From an uncultured Chloroflexia bacterium (GTDB lineage: Bacteria > Chloroflexota > Limnocylindria > Limnocylindrales > CSP1-4), in contig CAVVJT010000006.1 in the NCBI GenBank assembly GCA_963748625.1, forward strand, positions 61,027 to 125,026: DNA of 64,000 nt, given 5' to 3'. Position 1 is the first letter of the stretch, and every line of letters begins with the position of its first letter. Under the pieces are notes generated by a model. The model was given only the letters and a program-made list of their open reading frames with translations. It ran no database searches and was not told the DNA's origin. This document shows, piece by piece, positions 31,775-41,072 of the stretch. Both the position numbers and the translations under genes were made by a program.

Positions 31775-32512
31775 TCAGGCGGCCGGCGTCTCCTCCAGGG
31801 TCCCGTCGAGGATCCGGCCGTCGACCATGTGCACGGTCCGCCGCGTGCGCGCCGCGAGCTCGTGGTCGTGGGTGACCATGACGATCGTCCGCCCTTCGGC
31901 CACGAGTGTCTCGAACAGCTCGAACACCTCCTCGGCCGTGACCTCGTCCAGGTTCCCGGTGGGCTCGTCCGCCACGATGATCGGCGGATCGTTGGCGAGC
32001 GACCGCGCGATCGCCGCGCGCTGCTGCTGGCCGCCTGACGTGGACGCCGGGAGCTTGCGCGCCTGGTCGTCCAGCCCGACGAGCTCGAGCAGGTGCATCG
32101 CCCGCTCGTAGCGCTCCTTCGTGGACCACAGGCCCGCGAAGTCCATCGGCAGCATCACGTTCTCGACCACCGTGAGCGTGGGCAGCAGCTGGAAGAACTG
32201 GAAGATGACCCCGCACGTCCGGCCGCGCCACTGCGCCATGCGACTCTCGGACAGGTTGGCGAGGTTCGTCCCGCCGACGACCAGCGAGCCGGCGGTCGGC
32301 CGGTCGATGCCCGTGATCATGTTCATCAGCGTGGACTTGCCCGAGCCGGAGCGGCCGACCACGGCGATGAACTCGCCGGCGTCCACCTGGAGCGAGACCT
32401 CCTTGAGCGCGCGGAACGGTCCGGCGTCGGTCACGTAGTCCTTGACGACGTCCCGCAGGTCGATCAGGTGGCCGTGCGCGAGGTCGCGGTCGGCGAAGGG
32501 TGCGCGGATCAC
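31775..32512 (-). CDS. ABC transporter ATP-binding protein (LolD/MacB-type), no adjacent permease
   Basis: [43 protein letters not shown]. Confidence 0.92.
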   Translation of the reverse strand: MIRAPFADRDLAHGHLIDLRDVVKDYVTDAGPFRALKEVSLQVDAGEFIAVVGRSGSGKSTLMNMITGIDRPTAGSLVVGGTNLANLSESRMAQWRGRTCGVIFQFFQLLPTLTVVENVMLPMDFAGLWSTKERYERAMHLLELVGLDDQARKLPASTSGGQQQRAAIARSLANDPPIIVADEPTGNLDEVTAEEVFELFETLVAEGRTIVMVTHDHELAARTRRTVHMVDGRILDGTLEETPAA

Positions 32513-32575
32513 GCGCGAACGATACCGGGGAACGCGCCGGCCGTCCGCACGGCGCCCGCTGGTATGCTCGCCCGC

Positions 32576-32661
32576 GGCGAGGTGGCCGAGTGGTCTATGG
32601 CAGCGCTCTTGAAAAGCGCCGGGCGCAAGTCCCGTGGGTTCGAATCCCACCCTCGCCGCCA
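32576..32661 (+). tRNA. tRNA-Ser (anticodon TGA)
   Basis: Acceptor stem GGCGAGG/CCTCGCC, discriminator G, encoded CCA; anticodon arm GCGCT-CTTGAAA-AGCGC; long variable arm; GTGGG-TTCGAAT-CCCAC T-arm. Confidence 0.96.
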
Positions 32662-32725
32662 GGATTGGCAGCGCCAAGGGCGTGACACCGGTCGCGGCGG
32701 CACGACCGAGGAGGAAGCCTGAGCC

Positions 32726-33461
32726 ATGGACCCGATGATCGCCCTGGCCGCCGTTGCCGTGGGCTATCCTGCTGGGCTCCATCTCGTTCGCGCGCCTCGT
32801 CGCCCGGCGGGTCGATCGCAGCGTGGACGTGACGTACATCGTCACCGAGGTTGGCGACGGGGTGACCTTCACCAGCGACGCGGTGAGCGCCACGTCGGTG
32901 CGCATGAAGCTGGGCAAGCGATACGGGCTTCTCGTGGCGCTCCTGGATATGGCCAAGGTCGCGATCCCGGTGCTCGTGCTGCGCCTGCTGTACCCGGGCG
33001 AGCCCTACCTGTACCTCGCCGCCGCGGCGGGCGTCGCCGGGCACAACTGGCCCGTCTATCACCGCTTCAAGGGCGGCCGGGGCGAGTCCGCCATCATGGG
33101 CGCCCTGCTCGTCATCGACCCGATCGGGCTGGTCCTCATGCTCACCCTTGGGATGGTCATCGGGTTTCTTTCCGGCAACATCCTCGTGCTGGAGTGGACC
33201 GGGTTCATCCTGATGGTGCCCTGGCTGTGGCTGACGACGGGCGATCCGTGGGCCGTGGCCTTCATGGTGTCCGTCCTGGCGATGTGGACGGTCGCCATGC
33301 TGCCCGAGCTGCGCCAGTACGCGGCGATGATCAAGCTGTCCGACGCGCCGACAAACGAGCAGGTGGTGGCGGAGTACGGTATGAGCGCCAGGCTGGGCCG
33401 GGCCATGGACAACTACTCGATCCCGGCGCTGGTGAAGCGGTATCGCTCGACGCCGGGCTAG
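32726..33461 (+). CDS. plsY: Glycerol-3-phosphate acyltransferase PlsY family; 1-bp insertion near 32766
   Basis: AVAVGY joins LLGSISFA after removing one base; [20 protein letters not shown]. Confidence 0.75.
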
Positions 33462-33552
33462 GGCTGGGGGCCACCCATGGCAATCGGCGTGCGCTGGCGG
33501 AAGGTCCGGGGCGTCCTGGGCCAGTACCGCGCACGCACCGCGCTCGTCGTCG

Positions 33553-33711
33553 GGCACGAGCATCTCCCGGACGGTGGCGCGCATCGGCGCGTATGGTGAG
33601 AGTCGCCAGGGCGGGATCGTGTACGGGGTGGTGGTGGTCCCGGCCGGCAACGTGCCCGATGGAGTGCGCTGGAACATGACGACCACGGTCGCGATCAAGG
33701 TCGGCGGATGA
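33553..33711 (+). pseudogene. Probable C-terminal remnant of an efflux periplasmic adaptor (HlyD/MacA-like) gene
   Basis: Frame with no start codon upstream reads GTSISRTVARIGAYGESRQGGIVYGVVVVPAGNVPDGVRWNMTTTVAIKVGG*, resembling the adaptor beta-barrel C-terminus. Confidence 0.45.
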
Positions 33712-33724
33712 GGCTGCGCAGGTC

Positions 33725-34453
33725 ATGGCCGGCCCGGCGGCGCTCGCACTTGCCGGGGTGATTGCCGCGGCCTGCATCGGCCCACCGCCGTCGCCCTCTC
33801 CGTCGCCAACTCCCTCGCCCTCGCCCTCGCCGTCGCCTTCGCCTACCGCCCCGCTCGCGACCGCGGCGCCCACGTCGGCCACGACGCCGGCGGCGCCGCC
33901 GTCCGGCACCGTGCTCGTGGATGTTCCCGCGGCCGGCGCCCGCCTGCCGGTGCCGGGGGGCTGGGAGCAGGCGGACGCGGATGCCCTTGAGGATCCGGAT
34001 CGGCGTGCCGACATCGTGGCGCGCTATCCAGGCGCTGATGCCCTGCTGGCGGCCGCCGCCGAGATGGGCGACCGGGCCGTCCCAGCCTTCGTGGCGTTTG
34101 ATCCTTCGACTGCCGGCACCGGCGCCGGGCTGGCCACCAACATCGCCGTGCTCGTCGCCCAGCCTTCGGTCAGTGGGCCGCTGCTCGACTTCGTGGCGGG
34201 GTTCATCGGCGACGGGTTCAAGGACGCGTTCGGGGCAGAGGAGACAGCCCGCGAACGGGTGGACACGCCGCTCGGCGAGGCCGTGCGCCTCGAGTACGCG
34301 CTGCCGCCGCGAGACGGGGTGGCGCTGACGGCGGTCCAGTACATCGTCGGTGCGCCGGCGGGCACGGTGCTGGTGTCCATCCTGGGGCCGGCCGACGTGG
34401 TTGCGTCACTGGACCCGGACGCGCTCGTGGCAGCGATGGCGCCGATGCCGTAG
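33725..34453 (+). CDS. Putative lipoprotein with Pro/Ser/Thr linker
   Basis: Hydrophobic signal ending AAAC, PSPSPSPTPSPS linker, globular C-terminus; the true start may be ATG 33708 (MRLRR) if there is another indel. Confidence 0.7.
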   Translation: MAGPAALALAGVIAAACIGPPPSPSPSPTPSPSPSPSPSPTAPLATAAPTSATTPAAPPSGTVLVDVPAAGARLPVPGGWEQADADALEDPDRRADIVARYPGADALLAAAAEMGDRAVPAFVAFDPSTAGTGAGLATNIAVLVAQPSVSGPLLDFVAGFIGDGFKDAFGAEETARERVDTPLGEAVRLEYALPPRDGVALTAVQYIVGAPAGTVLVSILGPADVVASLDPDALVAAMAPMP

Positions 34454-34532
34454 CCGCAGTTCACCCAATCCGACGGCACCGGTGTGCCGAATAGTGGAAG
34501 TAATCCCAACTTCCGAGGAGATCCCGAGCCCA

Positions 34533-35384
34533 ATGACAGCCCAGACCGGCGCGACAGTCGCGCAACCCATCCACACGGAGACTGCCGCCGCGATCCCAGA
34601 GGGGAACAGCCGTTCGCTGCGCCGCTGGAACCGGTTCCTGGTGTTCGCGCACGGCGGCCAGTTCCTGCTCATGGTCCTGATCTCGAAGACGACGACCCTG
34701 TTCGAGCCGGTCGTGCCCACGGTCAAGCCGATCATCACAGACGGCAAGTTCACCGGTGTCGAGCCGACCGAGGTCGTGCTGTTCTCCTTCCCGCTCGCCT
34801 ACCTGATCGCCAGCTTCTTCCTGATGAGCGCCATCGCGCACTTCGTCGCCGGCTGGCCGCTGCGCGCGCGCTATGAGGCGTGGCTCGCGCGAGGCATGAA
34901 CCCGCTCCGCTGGATCGAGTACGCATTCTCGTCCTCGGTCATGATCGTGGCCATCGCCTACATCAGCTACATCACCGAGTTCACGGCGCTCGTGGCGATC
35001 GCCGGAGTGAACGCGGCGATGAACCTGTTCGGCTGGAGCATGGAAGCGGCCAACGAGGGACGCGAGAAGCCGGACTGGAAGCACTTCATCTTCGGCTGCA
35101 TCGCGGGGATCGTCCCCTGGATCGCGATCTTCTCCGTCATCTGGGCCTACAACATCCAGGAGGGCCTGCCGGCGGAGTACTCGATCCCCTCGTTCGTGTA
35201 CATCATCATCGGCAGCCTGTTCCTCGCTTTCAACGTCTTCGCCATCACGATGGTCCTCCAGTACAAGAAGGTCGGCCGCTGGAAGAACTACCTCGCCGGT
35301 GAGAAGACCTACATGGTCCTGAGCCTGGTCGCCAAGTCGCTCCTCGCCTGGCAGGTCTGGTCCGGGACCCTTCGCCCCAACTGA
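34533..35384 (+). CDS. heR: Heliorhodopsin
   Basis: LRRWN..HGGQ, SAIAHF, NPLRWIEYAFSSSVM, MNLFG, FNVFAITMVLQY, GEKTYMVLSLVAKSLLAWQ (retinal-binding Lys); 7 TM; GAGGAG RBS. Confidence 0.95.
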   Translation: MTAQTGATVAQPIHTETAAAIPEGNSRSLRRWNRFLVFAHGGQFLLMVLISKTTTLFEPVVPTVKPIITDGKFTGVEPTEVVLFSFPLAYLIASFFLMSAIAHFVAGWPLRARYEAWLARGMNPLRWIEYAFSSSVMIVAIAYISYITEFTALVAIAGVNAAMNLFGWSMEAANEGREKPDWKHFIFGCIAGIVPWIAIFSVIWAYNIQEGLPAEYSIPSFVYIIIGSLFLAFNVFAITMVLQYKKVGRWKNYLAGEKTYMVLSLVAKSLLAWQVWSGTLRPN

Positions 35385-35394
35385 TCCCGCTGTC

Positions 35395-35439
35395 GAGACG
35401 GGGCGGCACCGCTGCGGCGGTGCCGCCCCTCTCGCGTTT
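35395..35439 (+). terminator. Strong hairpin after heliorhodopsin
   Basis: GGGGCGGCACCGC-TGCG-GCGGTGCCGCCCC, extended by GAGA/TCTC. Confidence 0.7.
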
Positions 35440-35560
35440 CAACCTCACGCGCACATCGGGACTGGGCCACCCACCATGTGGACCTTGACGGACGTGCGCC
35501 CCCTGCGATCATCACGACAAGCCCCGAATGGGGCCGGGCCGGAGCCGTGGGGAGTGCCCG

Positions 35561-36886
35561 ATGAACGTCGTTGCCGTCGTCCTTGCCGGTGGTGCGGGCG
35601 AGCGCCTTTCCGTCCTCTCCGATCACCGCGCCAAGCCGGCCGTCCCGTTCGGCGGCAAGTACCGGATCATCGACTTCGCCCTGTCCAACTGCGTGAACTC
35701 CGGGATCGACCGGGTGCTCGTCCTGACCCAGTACAGCCCCCGCTCGCTGATCGACCACATCGGCCGTGGGCGCCCCTGGGATCTCGACCGCTCCTTCGGC
35801 GGCGGCATCCGTGTCCTGCAGCCGTATCTCTCCCGGACCGACAAGGTGGGCTGGTACTCCGGCACGGCCGATGCCGTCCGACGGAACGCGACGCCGATCG
35901 CCGAGGAGAACCCGGACCTCGTGCTCGTCCTGGCGGGGGACCACATCTACAAGATGGACTACCGGCCGTTCATCCAGACGCACCTGGAGAAGGGGGCAGA
36001 CCTCACGGTGGCGGTCCTCACGGTGCCGCCGGACGAGGCGTCCCGGATGGGGATCTGCCTGACGGACGGCGATGACCGGATCATCGACTGGGAGGAGAAG
36101 CCGGCCGAGCCCCGGGGCGATCTGGCCTCGATGGGGGTCTACGTCTTCTCGCCCGATGCCCTCCGGCGCTGGCTGACGCCAACCCGGCACGACTTCGGCA
36201 AGGACGTCGTCCCGGCGATGATCAAGGCGGGCCGGCGGGTCTTCGCCCACCGCTTCGAGGGCTACTGGCGCGATGTCGGGACGGTCGAGGCATTCTGGAA
36301 GGCGAACCTGGACCTGGTCGGTCTCGTCCCACCCCTCGACCTCTTCGATCGCAGCTGGCTGATCCACACGCGATCCGAGGAACGCTCGCCCGCGAAGTCC
36401 GGCCCCGACGCCGTGTTCCGTCACTCGCTGGCCAGCCACGGCTGCATCATCAACGGGTCGGTCGTGAACAGCCTCCTCTCGCCCGGCGTCAAGGTCTACG
36501 ACGGCGCAGTCGTCCGCGACTCGGTGATCATGCTCGACGCCGAGATCGGGGCTGGGGCGGTCGTTGACGGGTCGATCATCGACAAGCACGTCACGATTGG
36601 CGCGGGTGCGATCGTGGGCTACGGCGAGGACCGCTGGATCGTCAACGCCGAGGAGCCCGACAGGCTCACGACCGGGATCACGGTGATCGGCAAGCGCGCG
36701 TTCATCCCTCCCGGGACACGACTCGGCCGAAACGTCCGGGTCGACACGGACGTCGCCTCGGGGGACTTCACGTCCCTCGATGTTCCTTCGGGCGGAACGG
36801 TGCATCACGGGGACGGCGGCCCGGCAGACGACGGCGCGCCGCGCCCGGGCGCCCGAGCCATGTCCAGGGCGCGCAGGTCACGCTGA
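35561..36886 (+). CDS. glgC: Glucose-1-phosphate adenylyltransferase family
   Basis: LAGGAGERL, RAKPAVPFGGKYRIIDF, WYSGTADAV, LAGDHIYKMDY, ASMGVYVF, DFGKD, GYWRDVGT. Confidence 0.93.
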   Translation: MNVVAVVLAGGAGERLSVLSDHRAKPAVPFGGKYRIIDFALSNCVNSGIDRVLVLTQYSPRSLIDHIGRGRPWDLDRSFGGGIRVLQPYLSRTDKVGWYSGTADAVRRNATPIAEENPDLVLVLAGDHIYKMDYRPFIQTHLEKGADLTVAVLTVPPDEASRMGICLTDGDDRIIDWEEKPAEPRGDLASMGVYVFSPDALRRWLTPTRHDFGKDVVPAMIKAGRRVFAHRFEGYWRDVGTVEAFWKANLDLVGLVPPLDLFDRSWLIHTRSEERSPAKSGPDAVFRHSLASHGCIINGSVVNSLLSPGVKVYDGAVVRDSVIMLDAEIGAGAVVDGSIIDKHVTIGAGAIVGYGEDRWIVNAEEPDRLTTGITVIGKRAFIPPGTRLGRNVRVDTDVASGDFTSLDVPSGGTVHHGDGGPADDGAPRPGARAMSRARRSR

Positions 36887-36978
36887 CCCCGGGTCGCGGC
36901 GTCTCCGTCGCGGGCCTCGGCAGCCCGACGGGCTCGCGACGCGCCGCCCGCTTAGCTGCGGGTTCAACGGCGCCGACT

Positions 36979-37131
36979 TGCGACTGTCCGTCGCAGATAG
37001 GGCGTTCCGGGACGGTGAATTGGGACTGACAGTCCCCGCGAGGACCATCGCGAGCCAGGAATCCCGTCCGAGTGTGGACTGCCAGTCCCCTCGTGGCCCA
37101 TCGCGACGCCGCAGCCATGACTGCCAGTCCC
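36979..37131. repeat. Cluster of GACTG-N-CAGTC palindromic units
   Basis: GGGACTGACAGTCCC (37022), GGACTGCCAGTCCC (37076), GACTGCCAGTCCC (37119), degenerate TGCGACTGTCCGTCGCA (36979). Confidence 0.7.
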
Positions 37132-37244
37132 GAACGGGCACCTGGATAGCGGCAACCGGTCCCGGGACCGGGGCACAACCCGGCCACCGAGCACAACCGG
37201 GAGCTCACGATGGCCCAGGCACGGCTGTCGAGCCCAGGCACGGC

Positions 37245-37274
37245 TTGACGGCCGGAGCGGGCCGCCCCTATCCT
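37245..37274 (+). promoter_or_regulatory. sigma70-type promoter of the trp operon
   Basis: TTGACG-N18-TATCCT just upstream of the T-box leader. Confidence 0.65.
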
Positions 37275-37290
37275 CCGCCCACATCACGAA

Positions 37291-37630
37291 TACGGGCCTT
37301 GATCGGGACGAGTACCCGTCGGGCGCCATCACAGAGACCCGGCGGCTGGTGCGAGCCGGGATGGCGGCGGCGGCGAATGGACCCGGGAGCCCCCGGACCG
37401 AACGCGGGGCGGCGACCATGGACGCGTCAGCGGACGAGGACGCAGCGGACGACCAGTAGGCTCCGGCGCAGAGCGCCAGCGATACAGGGCAGCGCCGATC
37501 GATCCCACCGGGCGGGACCCGCCGCTCAGGATCCGTCGGTCACGAGTGCGGCACAGCGCCGAACGTGGGTGGCACCGCGGAAGGACCAACGACCTTTCGT
37601 CCCGGAAGAGACGATTACGGTCGTTTTCGA
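37291..37630 (+). ncRNA. T-box riboswitch, Trp (UGG) specifier
   Basis: Stem I with TGA..GGGACGAGTA, AGAGA (37333), GCTGGTGCGAGC, specifier GAA-TGG (37375-37380); T-box AACGTGGGTGGCACCGCG (37562-37579); antiterminator partner TTTCGTCCC; terminator AACGACC...GGTCGTT-TT. Confidence 0.93.
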
Positions 37631-37648
37631 TTCTCAAGGACCACCACC

Positions 37649-39259
37649 ATGACCGACCCGCTCAGCCTCACCGAGACGAAGCACCTGGCCTCCACCGCGG
37701 ACACCATCCTCCTGCGCGCGACGCGCACGGCGGACCTCGAGACGCCGATCGGCGCGTTCCTCCGGCTGGATGACGGCACCACGCCCGCCTACCTGCTGGA
37801 GTCCGTCGAGGGCGGCGAGCGCCTCGGCCGTTACAGCTTCCTGGGCATCGGCCCCCGGCGCCTGCTCGAGGTGGGCGACGGCGTTGCCCGAACGACCTCC
37901 CGCCCCGTGGGCGTGACCGACTACGCGCCCGACCTCCCGGTGGCCACCGCGGAGACCCCGGACCCCCTCGCGGCGCTGCGCGCGTTCGTCCCGCGCCGCC
38001 GCGTCGTCCCGGTCGAGGGGATGCCACGCTTCACGGGCGGCGCCGTCGGCGCCCTCTCGTACGACGCCATCGCCGCGTTCGAGCCGTCCGTCCCGCTGCC
38101 AGACCGCGACCCGGTCGGTGTCCCGCTCGCCAGCTTCATCGAGACCGATCTCGTCATCGTCTTCGACCACCTGACGCACCAGCTCTCCGCCATCGCGTCG
38201 CTCCACACCGAGGCCCCGGACCTCGAGGGCCGCTACCGGATCGCCGAGCGGGCCATCTTCGAGGCACTCGAGCGCACGGCCCGCCCGTCAGCCGCGGAGA
38301 TGAGCGCGGGCTTCACGCGCCCGGCCGATGGTGGCGGCGCAGCGGACCTCGGCCAGGTCGAGACCAGCCTCGGACGAGACCAGTACATCCGGGCCGTCGA
38401 GAAGGCCAAGGACGCGATCGCCGCCGGCGAGGCGATCCAGGTCGTGCTCGCGCGGCGACAATCGTTCGACCTCCCGGCCGCCGTGGACGGCGCTCCCATC
38501 GACGGCATCGGCCTTTACCGCGCCCTGCGGCGGGTGAATCCGTCGCCCTACCTGTTCTTCACGCGAACCCCGGGCTTCGAGGTCGTGGGGGCCAGCCCCG
38601 AGCTGCTCGTCCAGGTCGTGGGCGACCGGATGTCCACGCACCCGATCGCCGGCACGCGGCCCCGCGGCACGACCCCCGCCGACGACGACCGCCTCGCCGA
38701 CGAGCTCCGCCGCGACCCCAAGGAGCGTGCCGAGCACGTGATGCTCGTGGACCTCGGCCGCAACGACCTGGGGCGCGTCGCCCGGCCTGGGACGGTGAGC
38801 ACCAGCCAGTACATGGAGGTGGAGCGTTACAGCCACGTCCTCCACCTGGTGAGCCACGTGGAGGCACGCCTCCGCCCGGAGCTTGACGCCCTCGATGCGC
38901 TGCGCTCGGTGTTCCCGGCCGGCACCCTCACTGGCGCCCCGAAGATCCGCGCCATGCAGCTGATCGCCGCGGCCGAGGGCGAGCGCCGCGGCCTGTATGG
39001 TGGCGCCGTGGGCTATCTCGGCTACGACGGCAACCTCGACACCGCGATCACGATCCGGAGCGCGGTGCTCAAGGATGGCCAGGCCCACGTCCACACCGGG
39101 GCGGGCATCGTGGCGAAGAGCATCCCGGAGAGCGAGTTCGAGGAGACCGAGCACAAGGCCGCGGCGCTTCGCCGGGCGATCGAGCTCGCCGCCGCGCCCG
39201 CCGTCCCGCGTTCGTCCGCCGCCGGCGCCCCCGAACCGCCGGAGGCCGGCCCCCGATGA
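37649..39259 (+). CDS. trpE: Anthranilate synthase component I
   Basis: LLESVEGGERLGRYSF, NPSPY, GASPE, PIAGTRPRG, KERAEHVMLVDLGRND, FPAGTLTGAPK. Confidence 0.96.
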   Translation: MTDPLSLTETKHLASTADTILLRATRTADLETPIGAFLRLDDGTTPAYLLESVEGGERLGRYSFLGIGPRRLLEVGDGVARTTSRPVGVTDYAPDLPVATAETPDPLAALRAFVPRRRVVPVEGMPRFTGGAVGALSYDAIAAFEPSVPLPDRDPVGVPLASFIETDLVIVFDHLTHQLSAIASLHTEAPDLEGRYRIAERAIFEALERTARPSAAEMSAGFTRPADGGGAADLGQVETSLGRDQYIRAVEKAKDAIAAGEAIQVVLARRQSFDLPAAVDGAPIDGIGLYRALRRVNPSPYLFFTRTPGFEVVGASPELLVQVVGDRMSTHPIAGTRPRGTTPADDDRLADELRRDPKERAEHVMLVDLGRNDLGRVARPGTVSTSQYMEVERYSHVLHLVSHVEARLRPELDALDALRSVFPAGTLTGAPKIRAMQLIAAAEGERRGLYGGAVGYLGYDGNLDTAITIRSAVLKDGQAHVHTGAGIVAKSIPESEFEETEHKAAALRRAIELAAAPAVPRSSAAGAPEPPEAGPR

Positions 39260-40002
39260 TCCTCGTCATCGACAACTACGACAGCTTCACCTTCAACCTC
39301 GTGCAGGCGCTCCAGGCCGCTGGCGCGGACGTCCGGGTGATCCGCAATGACCAGATCACGCGTGACGAGGTGGAGGCCATGGCCGGTGATCCCGGCGAGG
39401 ATCTGCGCGGCATCGTCATCTCGCCCGGGCCCGGCAACCCAGGCACGGCGGGTGTGAGCGTCGCGACGATCCAGGTTGCCGCCGAGCGCAGGATCCCGCT
39501 CCTCGGCGTCTGTCTCGGCATGCAGTCGATGGGGGCCGCCTGGGGCGCCGCGATCGTGCGGGCGCCGACCCTCGTCCACGGCGAAGCCAGCGACGTCCAC
39601 CACGACGGCACGGGTCTCCTCGCGGGCATGCCGCAGGACTTCCCGGCCGCCCGCTACCACTCCCTGTGCGTGGATCCGGCAACGCTGCCCGAGGAGCTCT
39701 ACGTGACCGCCACCAGCCCGGAGGACGGCGTGGTGATGGGCCTGCGCCACCGGACGCTGCCCATCGAGGGCGTTCAGTTCCACCCCGAGTCCGTGCTCAC
39801 GCCCGACGGTCCGCACCTGCTCGCGAACTTCCTGCGCCTGGCCGGGGAGGGGGAGGCGTCGCTGCTCGATGCTGCGACCGGCTCGTTCGCCACGCGTGGC
39901 ATGACGGAGGTGCCCGACCGGGTCGGGGCCGAAGGGACACCGCTGGGCGCGCCCGTGGACGATCCATCGGCGCCGGCGGGGACGATCGGGGCCGTCCGAT
40001 GA
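39256..40002 (+). CDS. trpG: Anthranilate synthase component II (glutamine amidotransferase)
   Basis: IDNYDSFTFNL, ISPGPG, LGVCLG, RYHSL, QFHPES. Confidence 0.96.
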   Translation: MILVIDNYDSFTFNLVQALQAAGADVRVIRNDQITRDEVEAMAGDPGEDLRGIVISPGPGNPGTAGVSVATIQVAAERRIPLLGVCLGMQSMGAAWGAAIVRAPTLVHGEASDVHHDGTGLLAGMPQDFPAARYHSLCVDPATLPEELYVTATSPEDGVVMGLRHRTLPIEGVQFHPESVLTPDGPHLLANFLRLAGEGEASLLDAATGSFATRGMTEVPDRVGAEGTPLGAPVDDPSAPAGTIGAVR

Positions 40003-41072
40003 GCGAGCTGGTCAGGGCCGCCGTGGCGGCGATCGTGGAGGGCAGGTCGCTGTCCATGGACGACGCACGCCTCGCAATGGGCGCGGTGATGGACGGCGAG
40101 GCGACACCCTCGCAGCTGGCGGCGCTGCTCATGGGCCTGCGGATGCGCGGCGAGACCGTGGACGAGCTGGCCGGCTTCGCGTCCGCGATGCGCGAGCGAG
40201 TCGTGCGAGTGGAGGCGCCGGCGGGAACCATCGACATCGTGGGCACCGGCGGTGACGGCTCCGGGACGTTCAACATTTCCACGACCGCGGCGTTGATCGT
40301 GGCCTCGCTGGGCGTGCCGGTGGCCAAGCACGGGAACCGGGCGATCACCTCGCGATCGGGCTCGGCGGACGTGCTCGACGCCCTGGGCGTCCGCATCGAC
40401 CACGACGCGGCCTCTGCCGGACGGGCGATGACGGAGCTCGGCTTCGCGTTCCTGTTCGCACCGTCGTTCCACCCGGCCATGCGCCACGCGGGCCCGACGC
40501 GCCGGGAGATCGGCGTGCGGACCGCGTTCAACCTGCTGGGCCCGCTCACCAACCCGGCCGGGGCGACCCGCGGGCTGATCGGGGTGGGGGACGCTGCCAT
40601 CGCGCCCAAGGTGGCCGAGGTCCTGCAGCGCCTCGGCACGGAGCGGTCCTTCGTGGTCTGTGGAGCCGGCGTGGACGAGCTCCCCCTCGATGGTACGGGC
40701 GTCATCTACGACGTGACCCCGGCGGGCATCGAGCGACGCGAGGTGGATCCCGAGGCCGTGGGCCTGGCCAAGGCGAAGACGTCGTCCCTGGGCGGCGCCG
40801 ATCCCACAGCGAACGCGGCCCTCGTCGAGGGCGTGCTGCGCGGCGAGCCGGGAGCGCGACGGGACGTCGTCCTGCTCAACGCCGGGGCCGCGCTCGTGGC
40901 CGCGGGCGAGGTGGCGACCATCGAGGGTGGGGTGGATCGGGCGGCCCTCGCCGTGGACGCAGGCCTGGCGGTGGAGCTGCTCGGGAAGCTGCGGGCGGAG
41001 CGGCGCGCGGCCGAGGCGGCGACAGCCGCGGCAGCGAAAGCGGCATCGGCGGCTGACGGGGGCCGGGCATGA
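39999..41072 (+). CDS. trpD: Anthranilate phosphoribosyltransferase
   Basis: [42 protein letters not shown]. Confidence 0.96.
   Translation: MSELVRAAVAAIVEGRSLSMDDARLAMGAVMDGEATPSQLAALLMGLRMRGETVDELAGFASAMRERVVRVEAPAGTIDIVGTGGDGSGTFNISTTAALIVASLGVPVAKHGNRAITSRSGSADVLDALGVRIDHDAASAGRAMTELGFAFLFAPSFHPAMRHAGPTRREIGVRTAFNLLGPLTNPAGATRGLIGVGDAAIAPKVAEVLQRLGTERSFVVCGAGVDELPLDGTGVIYDVTPAGIERREVDPEAVGLAKAKTSSLGGADPTANAALVEGVLRGEPGARRDVVLLNAGAALVAAGEVATIEGGVDRAALAVDAGLAVELLGKLRAERRAAEAATAAAAKAASAADGGRA

Noticed and set aside
32576-32661. Selenocysteine or suppressor tRNA, or a prophage/ICE attachment site
   Set aside because: Anticodon TGA reads UCA (Ser), not UGA; the acceptor stem is a normal 7 bp; no integrase or duplicated tRNA 3' end was seen
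34533-35384. Proton-pumping type-1 rhodopsin
   Set aside because: No DTE/DTD-type helix C or DxxxK helix G motif; it has RWIEY and SLVAK, which are diagnostic of heliorhodopsin
36979-37131. Degenerate mini-CRISPR upstream of the trp operon
   Set aside because: Only 3-4 short units, with unequal and partly homologous spacers, no leader and no cas genes
37280-37648. Trp leader-peptide attenuator for the trp operon
   Set aside because: No convincing short ORF with tandem Trp codons; the T-box elements explain the leader fully
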